Shown here: positions 59,424 to 64,000 of the stretch, in pieces
How positions within the stretch are numbered: the stretch's first letter is position 1
Layout of the letters: each line of letters opens with the position of its first letter
DNA from: Tubulanus polymorphus
Lineage: Eukaryota > Animalia > Nemertea
Length of the DNA stretch: 64,000 nt
Assembly: GCF_964204645.1 (NCBI RefSeq)
Contig: NC_134033.1
Coordinates: 11,292,655 to 11,356,654 of the forward strand
Direction of reading: 5' to 3'
The notes under the pieces: model-generated
Databases searched by the model: none
What the model saw: the letters and a program-made list of their open reading frames with translations, nothing else
Told to the model about the DNA's origin: nothing
Translations under genes and position numbers: made by a program

Positions 59424-59668
59424 GTATTTTCATCGAATCTTCCTCTTAAATCTGGTAAATGTTCTCAGAAAATCGTTCAGCGTTACGCGAGCACCCGCAT
59501 TTAAAAGATGGCGGCGATGGCGAACGTTATAACGGACTTTTGCCGAATGAAATTTACGTTATTTTTCCCCTGTCGTTCTTCTTCTTTTTTCATGTTTTCC
59601 ATACATCGCGGCGATGACGATCATCAGTTCAATTCAAACACAAAAACAACGCTAAATTTGAGCGACCA

Positions 59669-62600
59669 TTATTGTTTGGCAGTTGTCGTCGTCGTCGACG
59701 TTGTTGTTGTTGTTGTAGTGGTCGCTGCCGTGGTCGTCGCCGTCTCGGCAGAAGGTTTCAACTCCATTATTTGTTTGATGAGGTAGCCCTTCTCATCGGC
59801 AAATTGTTCATCTTCCGTACGATCCGTGTGAAAATTGCTCAAGAATTCGACCAATCTGTCTTGATTACGCAGAAGAATGTCCAAAATCGCCTTCGGTTTA
59901 TTCGGATTGGCGACAAAAACCTGTCGATGAAAATAAGGGTTCAAGGGACGTCGTGCCAACTGAGTGAACAAGCTCAACAATCTGAATATTTCCATATTCA
60001 TCATATATAAGGTCACAGGACTGCGATCTTATATCCGACCAACCCGATCTTCCTGAAGATGATGAGCCCCAGGAGGATACACTAAACACATGAATATCAA
60101 GAGATTGTAGTTTCAGGCTGAAGATGTGTCTAGGGTGTATACAACCAAATATCAAAACAATGAACAAAGGATGAAAAGTGAATGCAATAGCCCGCTGGGG
60201 TTCAAGTCCCCAATGGGCTAAAAACTAAGAGAAAAGTGATTTTTTACTCAAATCTACATGAGATTTTTGATAATGGCTCATAGAATTGAATTGCAATTTT
60301 CCAAAACCCGTAAGAACCTGGAGACAGTTAATAATCAGTTCGTTTAACCTATGAATAGTACTGCCATCTAGTGGGATCGCTGCATTAGAACACCAAGCCT
60401 CATTGTAGTATTTACAAGGATCCAGGAGTTTTCCAGGAAAAGCCCTTAAAAACCCTGAATTTCCAGGAATTCAAGGTCCTGGAATTGATTTTGCTCAGGA
60501 AACCCAGGAATTCCAGGTGTACGAACCCTGTCATAGACCGCCATTTTCTACGTACCTTGAAAACGTGAAAAGCCTCAAATTGAATGTTGCGACTTTTATC
60601 TCGAAGCATGTTCATCATTAACTTCAAGTTTTCGGGGTTAGTGATATACGTAGTCATTGTCACAAAGTTGTGACGATCCAACAAAAGCTCACCTAGTAAC
60701 TGTAAAAACATACACACATACATATTAAGTCTTCAAGTTTCTATATGGGAAATTCTCAACAGTCGAGAGTGACCTAAATCTAACCCACTGAAACTCCACC
60801 GCGCGTGCGACCTACCTTCAGAGCTTGCCTCTTGGTCACGTAATTTTCCGACGTCAGTAAAATCTTGTAGTTCGCGAAAACCTTGTCGTAATTTTCCTCC
60901 AGATACTGAGCGCATAACAATTTATGCCGAGTCAATAAATCCTAGAGAAAAGAATTGTTCTGAATATATGAAACGTGTATGAGCCCCATGCATAGTAAAT
61001 CAATATAAAGGTACGGGGCCTAATTGCACAGTCGTTCGTGACTATAGTCAAAAAGTGGTCTCCATGATGTTGATCTCAATTTCCCTGATCTGATATTCAG
61101 ATCTCTAAAAAAAATTGAATCAGTCAAGTAACTTGGGTTTCTAGTCCCAAATTTAGGCTTACTTCGTCGGACTCTATCAGGCGGAAGCAGCTATATCGAT
61201 ATTGATGGGTTCTGTTAGATTGAGAAGACACAGCTAAATGAATAAACCTTACCCTAAACGTCGCGAATGCATCAGACGCGATGTCAAACGTCGACAATTC
61301 GACGTACGTAAAAAATTGATTGAATTCTTTTGATAACAGCACCACTTTAGCGAGTTCCTCGTACCGACAACAGTCGCGCAGCATTATTCCACAGTTCAAC
61401 GCTATATCCGGCTGTTCATAGCTACAAATACAATAATCAGAACAGTTGTAGAAAAGTCGCGATAAAACACAGTGCAGTTTCAGGAAAGAGCAAAACTAAG
61501 ATTTGTGGTTTGATTGCTATTAGTGACATCAATGAGGACAACAATTCAAACCGTTTAAAGTTTAAACTTTTTCGTCTATATGAACCATGATATCAAAACG
61601 TAAAAACAGCCAGTTACTGCCCAAGTTTAGAATATAAATTGCTAATTGTCTATTTCTCAAAATCTAAACAATTTCAATGGAGTTTCGGGAATTTCGTTCC
61701 AAATAAAGGAGTTTCACGCACGTTTAAAAGCATTTTCCATTTACAAAGAGTTTTTATGGAATCAAGGAGTCGTAGGGACTCAGGATTTAAGAAAATAAAC
61801 GTATATACATTACCCTCTCATAAGCATGAATAAGATTTCATCCTTATTACATATGTATTCCACTGTCGGATAACGTGTTCCAATCTGACGACGTAAAACA
61901 TTACCGAATATCTGAGCCACGTCTTTTTTACCCTACGAAACAAAAACAGAACAAAACTATTAGTAATCAGGACTCATTGCCCAAACCAGGCAGCGGTAGT
62001 ACATGATAATACAATTGAATTTGTTCTTAGATTCAATTAGAAATTGACAATTTTTTTTCAAATTCAGTGACGCTTATTGGCGCTTCGAAGAAAAATAACG
62101 CATTAACATCGTCTCATACTATTGACAATGAATAATATATTAATATGACTTCAAGGATCACATATGATGATGACAAGAGAAATCCCACGATAAATTCAGC
62201 CAAAAATGGAAAGTTCTACAGTAAAATGATATATATTTCGAGCAATGTTTCGGCTAAATACTATTAGCCATCATCAGATCAACTGCTCGAAATATATACA
62301 AGTATATAAGTTTAGTATACAACTTGTCATTTTTGGCTGAATTTATTGTGGTATTTCTTTTGTTATCAACAATTGAATTTACCAGCAACGGGTCTTACCC
62401 GGCAAGGCCAAATATTGACGACTTAATCGTCTCAAATTATCATTATTGAATTATTGAACGGTGAATAAATTCTTTTCCTAACCTCAAAATCAATCTTGGA
62501 TAAGTTCATAATTAGCTGCAATAATAGACCGTGGTTGTACATCTCTTGCGAAAGCTGCGCGACTAAATCCGCCTGTGGAGCCTGGTCATTTATACCGTAG

Positions 62601-63165
62601 AGAATATTCTTCATCGATATCAGTATCTTTGACACCTCTTCAGAAGCCTGCGTTAAAAACATTTTAAAAATAGAAGCGCGTCTCATGAAAATGCTCGTTT
62701 TTTTAAGCAATTGGAAAAACAGACATTAGTAGACACCACCTGTGATGTCTAGATCGAATTTCATAGAAATCTTTCATAGAAATAGAAGTACCAGCAACAC
62801 AACCAGTGGCAACGATTTCAGGAGTATCTGCCAGCTTTGCTAGTGGATACTCACACCGACATTCAAATTTTCTCATTTTGTAATTCAGTGAAAGATTGGG
62901 ACCATCATCAATTCTATATCTATTTGATGACTGTTTGAAAACACTTCGAGAGCCGAGAACTCGAGTTCCAAGTCCATCGATAACGAACCAATTTGCGCCA
63001 TCTGGTGTTAGCGTGGATACCACGTTGTAATGGACTTAAATTGAAGGTTGACTTATAACTCACTTTTTCCGCTTTCTTATCTCCGCGTTCGAGAATCAAT
63101 AAAGCATCGCTCAAACCCTTCGCCAGCTCCTGAGGGCTCTTCTTCGATGAACCGAATAAAGGCAT
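59669..63165 (-). CDS. CAB39: MO25 / calcium-binding protein 39 (exons 63165-63064, 62647-62483, 61932-61814, 61421-61253, 60941-60816, 60699-60556, 59920-59669; 358 aa)
   Basis: [83 protein letters not shown]. Seven exons sum to 1077 nt in frame. Confidence 0.96.
62169..62367. mobile_element. Degenerate copy of palindromic hammerhead element A in an MO25 intron
   Basis: caagagaaatcccac.ataa.ttcagccaaaa ... tttttggctgaatttattgtgg arms. The minus strand reads CTGATGATGGCTAATAGTATTTAGCCGAAAC. Confidence 0.7.
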
Positions 63166-64000
63166 TTTTTTGGACCGAGTTGGTCACCACGCGATACACG
63201 CCGGCCGATTGAAGATTGGAAATTTTGGTTTTATCTGAAAGAAAAAAAATCAAGCACGTTTTGGAAGGTGTTTTAAACCAGTTAAGTCGAGGACTTCGAG
63301 CGCCACTCAAAGGAGCACGTTTGTATATTTTTCCTTATCATCGAGGGGCTAGATCAGATGAGAACCCTTTGATTGAGGAAACTCAACCACCACCAGGATT
63401 CAAAACTCACGGTCAAGGATAATACTTGTTGGAAAGTCGCGATGAACTTATTCAAACTGGTCAAGTCAAATTTAAGCCATAGTTTAGCAGAGTCCAGATC
63501 ACCAAAGTTACTACTCGAACAGCAAGCAACAGCAACACAAGTTAATGTGTTAAGCCTTCACGATGACTACAAGAGTGTAACATACTCTGTGAGTCTTATA
63601 CATGTGAATAAGCACCAGCCTGTCATACAACATAAAATCATTTAATTAAAATGAACTAGCTAAGTTCATACATCCTGAAACATGGAACAGCTTGCAGTCA
63701 GTAGTAATAGTTAGACAATGATTTATTATCGGAATGAACTAGCAGCTGAACCACGGTTTTTTAATCCAAATTACTCTGTATTGAAAGACTGCCAAAAAGA
63801 GACACCATTCACTTAAATAAATCAACTTTTTACAATGCGTTTCCATGCCTACAAACTGTAATGTTTTTTCAAGTCATCAAAAAACGTAGTAAATAGGCCT
63901 TTATTAAACATTCAAATTTGGGGTAACTTTTCTAAATTCAACCCCATTAAATGAAGACTTTTTGGCAATGCTTCAATACAGTAGGCCAATACCGTAAAAT

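Noticed and set aside
59508-60010. Poly-Val and poly-Cys/Arg + strand ORFs
   Set aside because: Antisense frames of the MO25 last exon.

Overview
AT-rich, intron-containing animal (invertebrate-like) genomic DNA, not prokaryotic. Host genes: three tandem DGAT2/MOGAT-family acyltransferases (+; 1-1078 partial, 21836-25016, 28401-32732), two intronless class A GPCRs (-), a secreted Thr-rich/PAN-domain protein (-), a large multi-exon uncharacterised gene (+; 34726-53496) and MO25/CAB39 (-; 59669-63165). The most notable region is 4.7-14.2 kb, a tandem U6 snRNA array with two intact genes and one 3' half. It is interrupted at U6 nt 65 (GCGCAA) by a decayed, intron-containing Dada-type DDE transposon whose two ends echo the U6 target motif (AAGATT-N12-GCGC). 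The array's spacers carry an antisense minimal hammerhead-ribozyme motif. Related hammerheads form ~270-290 bp head-to-head palindromic insertions with 11-12 bp TSDs (15.3 kb and 47.2 kb; a degenerate copy at 62.2 kb), probably Penelope-like non-autonomous elements. A complete ~10 kb CACTA/EnSpm transposon with an intron-rich transposase sits in intron 1 of the large gene. There are also many MITEs, SINE/LINE fragments and minisatellites. All calls come from reading the sequence by eye; no database searches were run.
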